Shown piece by piece: positions 29,992 through 39,527 of a DNA stretch of 52,014 nucleotides; the first letter of the stretch is position 1, and each line of letters opens with the position of its first letter. Both the position numbers and the translations under genes were made by a program. Under the pieces are notes generated by a model. That model was not told where the DNA came from. It saw only the letters and a program-made list of their open reading frames with translations, and made no database searches. The DNA is from an uncultured Gammaproteobacteria bacterium (GTDB lineage: Bacteria; Pseudomonadota; Gammaproteobacteria; GCA-001735895): assembly GCA_947259305.1 (NCBI GenBank), contig CAMYML010000001.1, positions 1-52,014 of the forward strand, in the 5' to 3' direction.

Positions 29992-30846
29992 TCAGCGCAG
30001 CGAGGCGCGCGCGTATTCAAGATAGATCTCGCGCAGGTTGCGGCTTAACTTCCCCGGTATACCATCACCGATTTCCTGGCCGTCGATTTCAACCACCGGC
30101 AGCACATAACTCGAGGCGGCGCTGATAAAAGCCTCGTCCGCCTGCAGGGCTTCCTCCAGGGTAAATCTGTTTTCCAGCAGGCGCAGGCCGTGCTTGCCGC
30201 ACAGCGCTACGACCGCGCGACGCGTTACGCCGGGCAGGATATCGTTACTCAACGGGCGCGTCAGTATCAAATCACCCTTGACGATGAAAAAACTGGTGCT
30301 GCCGCATTCCGTGACGTAGCCGTCGGCATCGACCATCAGGGCTTCGTAGGCACCGGCATCGGCGGCCGCTTTTTTCGCCAGCACCTGGGCCAGCAGGTTG
30401 ACCGATTTGATATCGCGCCGCGCCCAGCGGATATCGGCGGTGCTCGCAAGCCGGATGCCGCTTTCGGCAGCCTGATTTTCGCTCGGAGCCTTGGGCTGGG
30501 TAAACATGAAAACGCTAGGCTCGATGCCCTCGGGCCAGACGAAATCGCGCTCGGCAACGCCGCGGGTTACCTGCATGTACACCAGGCCTTCGTCGAGCCG
30601 ATTGAGCTCGACCAGTTTGCGAAAGGCTTCGAGGATCTGCTGCTGGCTGAGCGGCGAAACGATCTCCAGCTTTGCCAGCGAGTTGAAATAGCGCTGCATA
30701 TGATGCTCGAAATCGACCAGCTTGCCGTCGAGAACGCCGGCGACCTCGTAAATCGCGTCGCCGAAATTGACAGCACGGTCGAAGATGGAGATTTTGGCCT
30801 GATCGGCCGGCAGGTAGTCGCCATTTAGAAATACAATACGGCTCAT
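29992..30846 (-). CDS. dat: D-amino-acid transaminase (PLP class IV)
   Basis: ISIFDRAVNFGDAIYEV, YMQVTRG, DIRWARRDIKSVNLL, ILPGVTR. Confidence 0.85.
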   Translation of the reverse strand: MSRIVFLNGDYLPADQAKISIFDRAVNFGDAIYEVAGVLDGKLVDFEHHMQRYFNSLAKLEIVSPLSQQQILEAFRKLVELNRLDEGLVYMQVTRGVAERDFVWPEGIEPSVFMFTQPKAPSENQAAESGIRLASTADIRWARRDIKSVNLLAQVLAKKAAADAGAYEALMVDADGYVTECGSTSFFIVKGDLILTRPLSNDILPGVTRRAVVALCGKHGLRLLENRFTLEEALQADEAFISAASSYVLPVVEIDGQEIGDGIPGKLSRNLREIYLEYARASLR

Positions 30847-30893
30847 TCGCTTAACACCTTTCAATAATCGGGCAAAATGCTAGCATACATCGC

Positions 30894-32357
30894 ATGTCAC
30901 AGACTCGTCGCCAACAACTTGCCGCCCGCTTTCGCGAATTCCTGCCCAGCGAAAGCGTGATCGATCAGCCGACTTCGCTAACCGCCTACGAATGCGATGG
31001 CCTGAGCGCCTACCGCGAGCAGCCGCTGCTGGTGCTGTTGCCGGAAAACACCGAGCAGGTGCAGCAAATCATGCGGGTTTGTCATGAGCAGCGCCTGCCG
31101 GTGGTCAGCCGTGGCGCCGGTACCAGCCTGTCGGGTGGGGCCCTGCCGCATGCCGAGGGCGTGGTGCTGAGCCTGGCCAAGATGAATCGTATATTGCAGG
31201 TCGACGAGTTAGCGCGCAGTGCCGTGGTCGAGCCGGGCGTGCGCAACCTGGCGATATCCGAAGCGGTCCAGGCGAAAGGCCTTTATTACGCCCCCGATCC
31301 CTCGTCCCAGATCGCCTGTTCTATCGGCGGCAACGTCGCCGAAAACGCCGGCGGGGTGCACTGCCTGAAATACGGCCTTACCCTGCACAATATACTGGCG
31401 CTCAAGGTCGTCGGCGCCGACGGCGAGCTGTTCGAAATCGATCAACGCGCCTTGCACGGCGATGGCTACGATCTGATGCCGTTGCTGGTGGGTTCCGAAG
31501 GTATGCTCGGCATCGTCGTCGAGGTCACCGTCAAACTGCTGCCGATACCGCTGTGCGCGCGCGTGGTCATGGGCGTATTCGACTCGGTTGAAACGGCCGG
31601 CGCCAGCGTCGCCGCGATTATCGCCGAGGGCATTATTCCCGCCGGTATCGAAATGATGGACAATCCGGCGATTCGCGCCGCCGAGGATTTCGTGCATGCC
31701 AACTACCCGGTCGATGCCGAAGCGATTCTGATTTGCGAACTCGACGGCACCGAGCAGGAAGTGAGCGCGCAGATCGAACGGGTGGAGCAGGTGCTGAAGG
31801 CGGGTGGCGCGGTCGAAACCCGCCTCGCCAAAGACGAAGCCGAGCGCCTCCTGTTCTGGTCCGGGCGCAAGGCCGCGTTTCCCGCGGTCGGCAGGATTTC
31901 GCCCGATTATTACTGCATCGACGGCACCATCCCACGCAAGTCGCTGGCTGCGGTACTCGCCGGGGTGCGCCAGCTCTCGGAGCAATACGGCTTGCGCGTG
32001 GCCAACGTGTTTCATGCGGGCGACGGTAACCTGCACCCGCTGATCCTGTACGACGCCAATAACGAAGGCGAGCTCGAAAAGACCGAGGAACTGGGCAGCA
32101 AGATCCTGCAGCTGTGTATCCAGCATGGCGGCACGATTACCGGCGAGCATGGCGTCGGCGTCGAAAAACTCGGCGAAATGTGTATCCAGTTCAGCGAGCC
32201 CGAACGCAACCAGTTCCACGCAATCCGGGAATGTTTCGATCCGCTGAAAATACTGAACCCGGGCAAAGCGATACCCACCCTGGCGCGCTGCGCCGAACAC
32301 AATGCGATGCACGTGCACGACGGCAAACTGCCGTTCCCTGAACTGGAACGCTTTTAG
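30894..32357 (+). CDS. glcD: Glycolate oxidase subunit GlcD
   Basis: YECDGLSAYR, YAPDPSSQIACSIGGNVAENAGGVHCLKYG, HAGDGNLHP, GEHGVG. Confidence 0.95.
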   Translation: MSQTRRQQLAARFREFLPSESVIDQPTSLTAYECDGLSAYREQPLLVLLPENTEQVQQIMRVCHEQRLPVVSRGAGTSLSGGALPHAEGVVLSLAKMNRILQVDELARSAVVEPGVRNLAISEAVQAKGLYYAPDPSSQIACSIGGNVAENAGGVHCLKYGLTLHNILALKVVGADGELFEIDQRALHGDGYDLMPLLVGSEGMLGIVVEVTVKLLPIPLCARVVMGVFDSVETAGASVAAIIAEGIIPAGIEMMDNPAIRAAEDFVHANYPVDAEAILICELDGTEQEVSAQIERVEQVLKAGGAVETRLAKDEAERLLFWSGRKAAFPAVGRISPDYYCIDGTIPRKSLAAVLAGVRQLSEQYGLRVANVFHAGDGNLHPLILYDANNEGELEKTEELGSKILQLCIQHGGTITGEHGVGVEKLGEMCIQFSEPERNQFHAIRECFDPLKILNPGKAIPTLARCAEHNAMHVHDGKLPFPELERF

Positions 32358-32425
32358 TGATCTGTAAAATGCCAGGCTGGCCGCATCGGGGTAACACGGG
32401 AGCGCGCCGAGGACGGTGCTGAGAT

Positions 32426-33496
32426 ATGCAGACTGAAATTGACGACGTCAGCATCGAGGACGAGCTTCGTACCCAGATCCGGGCAGTCGCCGCCAACGGC
32501 GCCGAAATTGAAATTATCGGCGGCGGCAGCAAACGTTTTTACGGCCAGGCCATCGAGGCCCTGCCGATCGATGTTTCCGCGCATAGCGGCATCATCGACT
32601 ACGATCCGGCGGAACTCGTCATTACGCTGCGCGCCGGCTGCAAGCTGCTTGACGTAGAGGCGTTGCTGGCGCAAAACCGCCAGATGTTCGGCTTCGAGCC
32701 GCCCTGTTTCGGCGTAGATGCAACCATCGGCGGCATGGTTGCTACCGGTCTGGCGGGCCCAAGACGCGCCTATGCAGGCAGCATCCGAGATTTTGTGCTC
32801 GGGGTGAAAATGCTCGACGGGCGCGCTGAAGTGCTGCAGTTCGGCGGGCGCGTGATCAAAAACGTGGCGGGCTTCGACGCTTCGCGCCTGATGGTCGGCG
32901 CGCTTGGCACCCTCGGTATTATTCTCGAGGTTTCGATTCGGGTCATTCCGGTCTATGAAACCGAGTTGACGCTGAGCTACGAGCATGCCAGCGCCGACGA
33001 ACACATCCGCTGGATCAACGGCCTCGGTTCCAAACCTTATCCGATTTCGGCTTCGCAGTGGCAGGCCGGGCGCAGCCAACTGCGGCTCTCGGGTAGCGAG
33101 CAGGGCGTGTCGCAGGCGGCAAAACTGCTTGGCGGCGATTCGATTGAACCCGGCTGGCAGGCCTTGAAAGAGCAGCAGCTGGATTTTTTCGATCCCAAAC
33201 GGCCGCTTAGCCGAATCTCGCTGCCGCCGACGAGCCCCGACCTGTTGCCCGATACAGCGCAATTGATCGAATGGGGCGGCGCGGAACGCTGGTGCTGCGG
33301 TGACATCGACGTCGTCGCCCTGCGCGAACAGGTCGCAAGCGCTGGCGGCGGCCTGTGCGCGTTTCGTGGACACGCCGCCGAGGTGCCGATATTTCACCCG
33401 CTGCCGGCGGCGATGCTGAAACTGCAGCGTAATATCAAATCGAGCTTCGATCCTGCCGGTATCTTCAATCCCGGCAAGATTTATCCCGGGCTGTAG
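32426..33496 (+). CDS. glcE: Glycolate oxidase subunit GlcE
   Basis: GGGSKRFYG, YDPAELVIT, FGGRVIKNVAGFD, FDPAGIFNPG; follows glcD. Confidence 0.95.
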   Translation: MQTEIDDVSIEDELRTQIRAVAANGAEIEIIGGGSKRFYGQAIEALPIDVSAHSGIIDYDPAELVITLRAGCKLLDVEALLAQNRQMFGFEPPCFGVDATIGGMVATGLAGPRRAYAGSIRDFVLGVKMLDGRAEVLQFGGRVIKNVAGFDASRLMVGALGTLGIILEVSIRVIPVYETELTLSYEHASADEHIRWINGLGSKPYPISASQWQAGRSQLRLSGSEQGVSQAAKLLGGDSIEPGWQALKEQQLDFFDPKRPLSRISLPPTSPDLLPDTAQLIEWGGAERWCCGDIDVVALREQVASAGGGLCAFRGHAAEVPIFHPLPAAMLKLQRNIKSSFDPAGIFNPGKIYPGL

Positions 33497-33741
33497 CCCG
33501 CATATTGCATGAAGGCGGTACAAACTATAAGGATACCGGACTAATAAATTGAGAGATGAAAGATATTTTGCCAAAGTTTTCAAAATACAATTTGCACCTG
33601 AACAAAATCAGGAAAAATCTGGCTGCCAATCCTGAACGATCCCCCTTGATGCATAGTTATTACTATGCATCGGCGTGCGATCGTCCAGCCTTGTTTGCCA
33701 GATTTTCCCTGAGTTTCGTTCCCTTCATGCAATATACGGGC
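33496..33741. mobile_element. MITE-like palindromic element, copy B (246 bp), with TA target duplication
   Basis: TIRs 33496-33515 / 33722-33741 (19/20); TA at 33494-95 and 33742-43; hairpin 33600-33721 with apex GATGCATAGT-TATT-ACTATGCATC. Confidence 0.85.
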
Positions 33742-33746
33742 TAATC

Positions 33747-34949
33747 ATGCAAACCAATTTCGCGCCAAAATTCAAGCAGGGTCCGCATGCCGAAACCGCG
33801 GAAGCGATCCTGCGCAAGTGCGTGCACTGCGGCTTCTGTAATGCAACCTGTCCGACCTACCAATTGCTGGGCGACGAGCTCGATGGCCCGCGCGGCCGCA
33901 TCTACCAGATGAAGCAGTATTTCGAGGGCGCACCCGCTAACGTGGAAATGCTGAAGCACCTCGATCGTTGCCTGACCTGCCGCGCCTGTGAAACCACCTG
34001 TCCGTCGGGTGTCAACTACAGCCACCTGCTCGAAATCGGCAAGCAGGCGATCGAACGGGAACTGCCGCGACCGGCCTGGGACCGATTGCGCCGCTGGGGT
34101 ATCGTACGCTTTATCAATTCGGGCTGGCTGTTCGCCCTGTCGATTCGAATCGGGCAGACGTTTGCGCCGCTGCTGCCGGGCAAGCTCAGGCAATCGGTAC
34201 CACCCCGACAGCAGCCGCTTGCGCGCAGCGTGGCGCGGCATGAACGCAAGGTCCTGATGCTTGCGGGCTGTGTGCAGTCCGCGCTGACGCCGAATACCAA
34301 CAACTGCGCGGTCAACCTGTTCGATCGCCTCGGAATCGAAGTCATCGAGTTACCGCAGACGCTGTGCTGCGGCGCCGCGGCCATGCATACCTCGGACGCC
34401 GACTACGGGTTGCGCCAGGTAAAACAGCTGATCGACGCCTGGTGGCCGCATATCGAGACCGGGGCCGAGGCGATTGTCGTGAGCGCGACCGGCTGCGGCG
34501 TCAGCGTCAAGGACTACGGGCGCCTGCTGGCCGAAGATGCGGCTTATGCCGACAAGGCGGCCAGGGTCAGCGCGCTCTATCGCGACCTGATCGAGATCGT
34601 CGAAGTCGAAATCGAAAGCGTCGACCTGCCGCAAAAACCGGCCACGCGCGTCGCGGTGCATACGCCCTGCACCATGCAGCATGGCCTCGGTCTCAATAAC
34701 CGCGTGGAGCGATTGCTGGCGAGGCTGGGCTACGACATCTGCCGGGTCGAGGAGGCGCATCTATGCTGCGGCTCGGCCGGCACCTATTCGATGCTGCAGC
34801 CCGCCATGTCCGCGCAACTGCGTGACAACAAGATAAGAGCCCTTGGCGTGGATGCACCGGAACTGATCGCGACCGCGAATATTGGCTGCCAGCTACAGCT
34901 TGCCCAGGGCAACCAGGTGGCGGTCGTACACTGGATAGAATTGCTGTAA
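33747..34949 (+). CDS. glcF: Glycolate oxidase iron-sulfur subunit GlcF
   Basis: CVHCGFCNATCP, CLTCRACETTCP, two CCG motifs, TANIGC. Confidence 0.95.
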   Translation: MQTNFAPKFKQGPHAETAEAILRKCVHCGFCNATCPTYQLLGDELDGPRGRIYQMKQYFEGAPANVEMLKHLDRCLTCRACETTCPSGVNYSHLLEIGKQAIERELPRPAWDRLRRWGIVRFINSGWLFALSIRIGQTFAPLLPGKLRQSVPPRQQPLARSVARHERKVLMLAGCVQSALTPNTNNCAVNLFDRLGIEVIELPQTLCCGAAAMHTSDADYGLRQVKQLIDAWWPHIETGAEAIVVSATGCGVSVKDYGRLLAEDAAYADKAARVSALYRDLIEIVEVEIESVDLPQKPATRVAVHTPCTMQHGLGLNNRVERLLARLGYDICRVEEAHLCCGSAGTYSMLQPAMSAQLRDNKIRALGVDAPELIATANIGCQLQLAQGNQVAVVHWIELL

Positions 34950-35183
34950 AAAACGCGCAAGTCCAAGAGGTTATCCGCAACAATCGGGTTAGGGCACCGG
35001 CGCTTCGTACTGTCACCAAAGTGTAGTCTCAGCACGCCATAATTTTGCCGCCGCCTTGATTGATTGATTATTGGCTTGAGGTAGGTTAGTTTAATGTGGT
35101 TCGCCCGCAGTACTTAAGGGCGAGTAAATACTAATAAAACGAGCAGATACCAATAAATTCATAGCTCTTAGAGGACACTTCCA

Positions 35184-37229
35184 ATGAATAAACTACGATA
35201 TTTGATCAGTATCGGCCTTCTGGCCGTGGCTGGCAGCGCGCTGGGTGCCAATTGCCCCGCGGTAACCGTCGCCGATATGAAAGGCGTCGGCGCCGGCAAG
35301 TACCCGCAACAATACGACAAGGCTGAGTTTGAAAAGCTCGCCAACTGTACGATGAAATTTTCGGAGAATCCGGATATCGCCAAGCTCAACGGCAAGATTC
35401 GCGCCAACCCGGAATTACCTCCAGTGGCCGAGCGCCTTCCCGAGGATGCGCTGGTAGTTGCACCCTACCACAGCATCGGTAAATACGGCGGCACCTTTGA
35501 CGTCATGTCGAACGCAACCGAGGCCGGTACCTCCGACTTCCTCGCGATTCGCCACGTCAACCTGGTGCGTTACTCGGACGATCTGCAAACCATCGTGCCG
35601 AACATCGCCAGGGACTGGGAGTGGAACGACGATTACACCCAGCTGACGTTCTTCTTTCGCAAGGGCCACAAGTGGTCCGACGGTGAACCGTTTGGCGCGC
35701 GAGACGTCAAGTACTGGTACGACAATCTTTCCCTGAACCCCAAGGTCATCGAAAATCCGAAAGACTACGTGCTGGTAGCCGGGGAGCCGATGACGGTCGA
35801 TGTCATCGATGCGCAGACCGTGCGTTTCAACCTGCCGGCGCCGAAGCCCGGGCTGTTGGTACACTTCGCCAACACCTTCGCACAGGCCTTCCAGCCGATG
35901 CACTTCCTCGGCCAGTGGGATCCGGAAATCAATCCGGACGCCGACAAGATGGCGCAGGCCGCCGGTTTCAAGGATGGCTACGAAGTGTTGTCAAACTACT
36001 TCGGCAACTCCGACTGGACCGATACCCCGTCGCCGATGCTGCGCAGCCCTCAAAAGGTCAAGAATCTGCCCAAGGACACCATGCCAACGCTGGAGTCGCA
36101 TATTCTGATTTCGGAAAGCACGGAAGGCCGTCACCTGGTGGCAAACCCGTATTTTCACCAGGTAGATACCGCTGGTAACCAGCTGCCTTATATCAGCGAA
36201 CAGGACGAGATTTACGTCAACGAAGACGAGGTTCGCCTACTTAAACTGGTCAACGCCGAGGTCGATTTCAAGGCGCAATCCTTGCAGTTGTCGACCGCGC
36301 CGCTGTTGCTGGAAAACCAGGAGAAAGGCGATTACACCGTTGAACTGCGACCCGAAGTCACCATCGCGGCCTTTGCCTTTAACATGACCCATGAAGATCC
36401 GGAAAAGCGCAAGGTTTTCAGTGACCTGCGCTTCCGCCAGGCGATGTCCGTTGCGATGAATCGCGAGGAAATAAACGAGGTCGCCTTCTTCGGCATGGGT
36501 GAAGGCAAGCAATATGTTGGTTTTACCGATTCACCCCCGTTCATCGAGGAGAAATGGAAGCAGTATTACGCCCAGTACGATCCGGCGCTTGCTAACAAGC
36601 TGCTGGATGAGATGGGTCTGAAAGACGTCGACGGTGATGGATTTCGCGATTTGTTAAATGGCGAAAAACTGGTAGTCAATATACAGTTCTCGGTGCAGGG
36701 CGCACCTGCCGCGATGGTCGAACTGATTGGACAACACTGGGCCGCGGCCGGCGTCCTGACTACGGTCAAGGAAGTCACTCCGGACGAATACCGCAGCGCG
36801 CAATCCGCCAACAAGCTCGATGTCGCCAACTGGCGTAACGGCCAGCCGCTCGCCATTGTGCTCGGCACCAACCAGATCTGGGTACCGCCGTATCACGATT
36901 ATTTCTCCGTGCGCACCAATATGCTGTGGGCCGAATGGGTCGATTCGAACGGCGCCAGCGGCGTAGAACCGCCGGATTTTGCGAAGCAGATGATGGAAGA
37001 CATCAACGCGTTCCAGTCCACCCCCGTGGGCACGCCCGCATCGGACAAGATCGGTGCGCGCATGGTCAAGAACCTGGTCGAGAACCTGCTGTACATCGGC
37101 ACGGTTCAGGTGCCGGCTCCAATTTACCATCGCAACGTGCTGAAGAATTTCGTCACTTACAAGACGCACTCGTTCGAATACTATCGTTCCTATCCGTATC
37201 GCCCCACGCAATGGTGGCTGGACGAGTAA
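35184..37229 (+). CDS. ABC transporter substrate-binding protein, family 5 (AgpA-like; sugar or peptide)
   Basis: Signal peptide; LPPVAERLP, IGKYGG, KWSDGEPF, VDTAGNQLPYI, FRQAMS. Confidence 0.9.
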   Translation: MNKLRYLISIGLLAVAGSALGANCPAVTVADMKGVGAGKYPQQYDKAEFEKLANCTMKFSENPDIAKLNGKIRANPELPPVAERLPEDALVVAPYHSIGKYGGTFDVMSNATEAGTSDFLAIRHVNLVRYSDDLQTIVPNIARDWEWNDDYTQLTFFFRKGHKWSDGEPFGARDVKYWYDNLSLNPKVIENPKDYVLVAGEPMTVDVIDAQTVRFNLPAPKPGLLVHFANTFAQAFQPMHFLGQWDPEINPDADKMAQAAGFKDGYEVLSNYFGNSDWTDTPSPMLRSPQKVKNLPKDTMPTLESHILISESTEGRHLVANPYFHQVDTAGNQLPYISEQDEIYVNEDEVRLLKLVNAEVDFKAQSLQLSTAPLLLENQEKGDYTVELRPEVTIAAFAFNMTHEDPEKRKVFSDLRFRQAMSVAMNREEINEVAFFGMGEGKQYVGFTDSPPFIEEKWKQYYAQYDPALANKLLDEMGLKDVDGDGFRDLLNGEKLVVNIQFSVQGAPAAMVELIGQHWAAAGVLTTVKEVTPDEYRSAQSANKLDVANWRNGQPLAIVLGTNQIWVPPYHDYFSVRTNMLWAEWVDSNGASGVEPPDFAKQMMEDINAFQSTPVGTPASDKIGARMVKNLVENLLYIGTVQVPAPIYHRNVLKNFVTYKTHSFEYYRSYPYRPTQWWLDE

Positions 37230-37269
37230 GACAGGTTATTTGACACTAAGCTGTTTGATAAGTAAAAAG

Positions 37270-37297
37270 GACTGCGGGCTATATCTGGCCCGCAGTC
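37270..37297 (+). terminator. Intercistronic stem-loop after the binding-protein gene (mRNA stabiliser or partial terminator)
   Basis: GACTGCGGGC-N8-GCCCGCAGTC perfect 10-bp stem; no + strand U-tract. Confidence 0.55.
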
Positions 37298-37365
37298 ACA
37301 ATAACAAAAAGTCCCGGCAATAATTGTCGGCTATCGTAATCTAGAGGGGACCATAAGAAACACCC

Positions 37366-38370
37366 ATGTTTCATTTCCTTCAGTTTGCCGCGACGCGTGC
37401 CACGCTCGCAGTCATCACTCTAATCATGGTGTCCTTCATCGTGTTCAGCCTGATGGAATTGGTGCCGGGTGATTGCGCCGAGCGCTATCTAGCCTTTAAA
37501 AACACCCAGGGTAGCCAGATATCGATTGCTGATATCGAGAGCGAGCGTGTCCGGCTCGGACTGGATAAACCCTATGTGGTGCGCTGGGGCAAGTGGATCG
37601 TAAACGCCTTTCAGGGAGAGTTTGGCGACAGCTGTATTCTGCGCGTCAATATCGCGCAATTGCTGGGCGATAAATTCTGGATCAGTCTCGCCATCTGCCT
37701 GACCTCACTGTTGGTCGCTTACCTGATAGCAATTCCCGTCGGCATTATATCGGCCACTTCGAAGAGCCCGATCGTCAACAACAGCTTGCGTTTCGTCAGC
37801 TACCTGGGTCTGGCGATGCCGAATTTCCTGCTGGCCCTGATGATCATGCTGTTTTCGACGGTGATGTTTGGCGACAGCCTGACCGGCCTGTTTTCCAAGG
37901 AATATCGTGACGCCGTCTGGAACTACGATAAGGTCATGGATTTCCTCTCTCGCGCCTGGTTGCCGGTATTTATTCTCGGCTGGTCCGCGACTGCATTTGC
38001 GATACAAACGGTACGCGCGCTCATGTCCGACGAAGTCGGCAAGCTCTATGTGCTCGCCGCGTCGGCGCGCGGCGTTTCTGGTCGGCAACTGCTGTGGCGC
38101 TATCCGGCACGCCATTCACTCGGGCCGATTATCAATTCGCTCGGTTTCGATCTGAACCGTATTTTCAATGAATTGCCGATCGTCGCACTGATCCTGACGC
38201 TGACCGAAGCGGGAGCGCTGTTGATCGAGGCGCTGGCGCGTTCCAATGACCAGCAGCTGGCGGGTGCCATTATCTTCATGCTCACCGCCAGTATCGTCGG
38301 CATTAACTTTGTAACCGATATCATTCTGGCGATAACCGACCCGCGCGTGCGCCGCAGTATCCTGGGATAA
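37366..38370 (+). CDS. ABC transporter permease (DppB/OppB-like)
   Basis: LVPGD, RLGLDKP, MPNF, diverged EAA loop, TDPRVR. Confidence 0.9.
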   Translation: MFHFLQFAATRATLAVITLIMVSFIVFSLMELVPGDCAERYLAFKNTQGSQISIADIESERVRLGLDKPYVVRWGKWIVNAFQGEFGDSCILRVNIAQLLGDKFWISLAICLTSLLVAYLIAIPVGIISATSKSPIVNNSLRFVSYLGLAMPNFLLALMIMLFSTVMFGDSLTGLFSKEYRDAVWNYDKVMDFLSRAWLPVFILGWSATAFAIQTVRALMSDEVGKLYVLAASARGVSGRQLLWRYPARHSLGPIINSLGFDLNRIFNELPIVALILTLTEAGALLIEALARSNDQQLAGAIIFMLTASIVGINFVTDIILAITDPRVRRSILG

Positions 38371-38375
38371 GCGCG

Positions 38376-39527
38376 ATGACTGATACCGCCACCATCGAAC
38401 CAACTGACGCCAAGACAGACCAGAGCGCCAAGGAAGCCTATTTTACTGCCGGGCAGGGGCAGTTGATCTGGACCCGTTTCAAGAAGCAGCGCGCGGCCAT
38501 GGTCGGTGCCGCGGTGTTGATTATTTTAGTCCTGTCGGGAATGTTTGCACCTTTCCTGACACCCTATGATCCGACCATCGCGGGTCGCAATGTGGATTAT
38601 CCGAACGGCGCGCCGAATATCCCGAAATTCTGGGATGAAAACGGTTTTTCTTTCCGACCCTTTATTTATAGTTTTGAACGGACCCGCTCGATCAAAACTA
38701 ATTTCCGCTGGGTGACCGAGGTCAACCGCGACGCGCGCCGTTACCTGGTACTGTTTCCCGAAGGTGATGAGTACACGCTGGCCGGTATGACCTTTAACAC
38801 GCATTTGTTTGGCGTCGATAAGGGCAAGATTCACCTGTTTGGCACCGATGGAACGGGTAAAGATATCTACTCCAGGACCTTTCATTCAATCAACACGTCG
38901 CTGGCGGTCGGCACGATTGGTGTGCTCATTGCGTTTGTGCTGGCGTTAATCATCGGCGGTATTGCCGGCTATTACGGTGGCTGGATCGATTCTATCCTGC
39001 AGATGATTACCGATGCGGTGCGAACGATTCCCGCCATTCCGCTATTCATGGCCATCGCGGCATTTATCCCGGCGGAGATAAGTTCCGAAGGCCGATTTTT
39101 TATCATCTCGATCATTCTCGGCTTTATCGGCTGGCCGACATTGGCAAGGCGGGTGCGCACGCATTTGTTGACCGAGCGTAATCAGGAATATGTGCTGGCG
39201 GCACAGTTGTGCGGTGCTTCACCGAGCCATATTATCGGTCGCCATCTGCTGCCCAGTTTCACCAGTTACATCATCGTCGATTTGATCATTTCCTTCCCAT
39301 ACATGGTGCTTTCTGAAACGGCGCTGAGCTTTATCGGTCTGGGTTTGAAGGAACCGGTCAATTCGCTCGGCGTTATGCTGCAGAACGTGACCAAGGCAGA
39401 CGTGCTGCTCAATTACCAGTGGAATTTTATCCCGGTCATCTTTTTCATCACGCTGGTGCTGGCCTTCGTGTTTGTCGGTGATGGCTTGCGTGATGCTGCC
39501 GATCCCTATGCGGATACCAAAAAATGA
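38376..39527 (+). CDS. ABC transporter permease (DppC/OppC-like)
   Basis: HLFGTDGTGKDIYSR, EYVLAAQLCGA, ETALSFIGLG, GDGLRDAADP. Confidence 0.92.
   Translation: MTDTATIEPTDAKTDQSAKEAYFTAGQGQLIWTRFKKQRAAMVGAAVLIILVLSGMFAPFLTPYDPTIAGRNVDYPNGAPNIPKFWDENGFSFRPFIYSFERTRSIKTNFRWVTEVNRDARRYLVLFPEGDEYTLAGMTFNTHLFGVDKGKIHLFGTDGTGKDIYSRTFHSINTSLAVGTIGVLIAFVLALIIGGIAGYYGGWIDSILQMITDAVRTIPAIPLFMAIAAFIPAEISSEGRFFIISIILGFIGWPTLARRVRTHLLTERNQEYVLAAQLCGASPSHIIGRHLLPSFTSYIIVDLIISFPYMVLSETALSFIGLGLKEPVNSLGVMLQNVTKADVLLNYQWNFIPVIFFITLVLAFVFVGDGLRDAADPYADTKK

Noticed and set aside
20573-33741. Calling the two elements retron ncRNAs
   Set aside because: No reverse transcriptase nearby, and the TA duplication with a reconstructable empty site fits a MITE better; kept only as an alternative.
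33556-33744. 62-aa ORF between glcE and glcF
   Set aside because: Lies within the palindromic element; no recognisable motif and no counterpart ORF in copy A.
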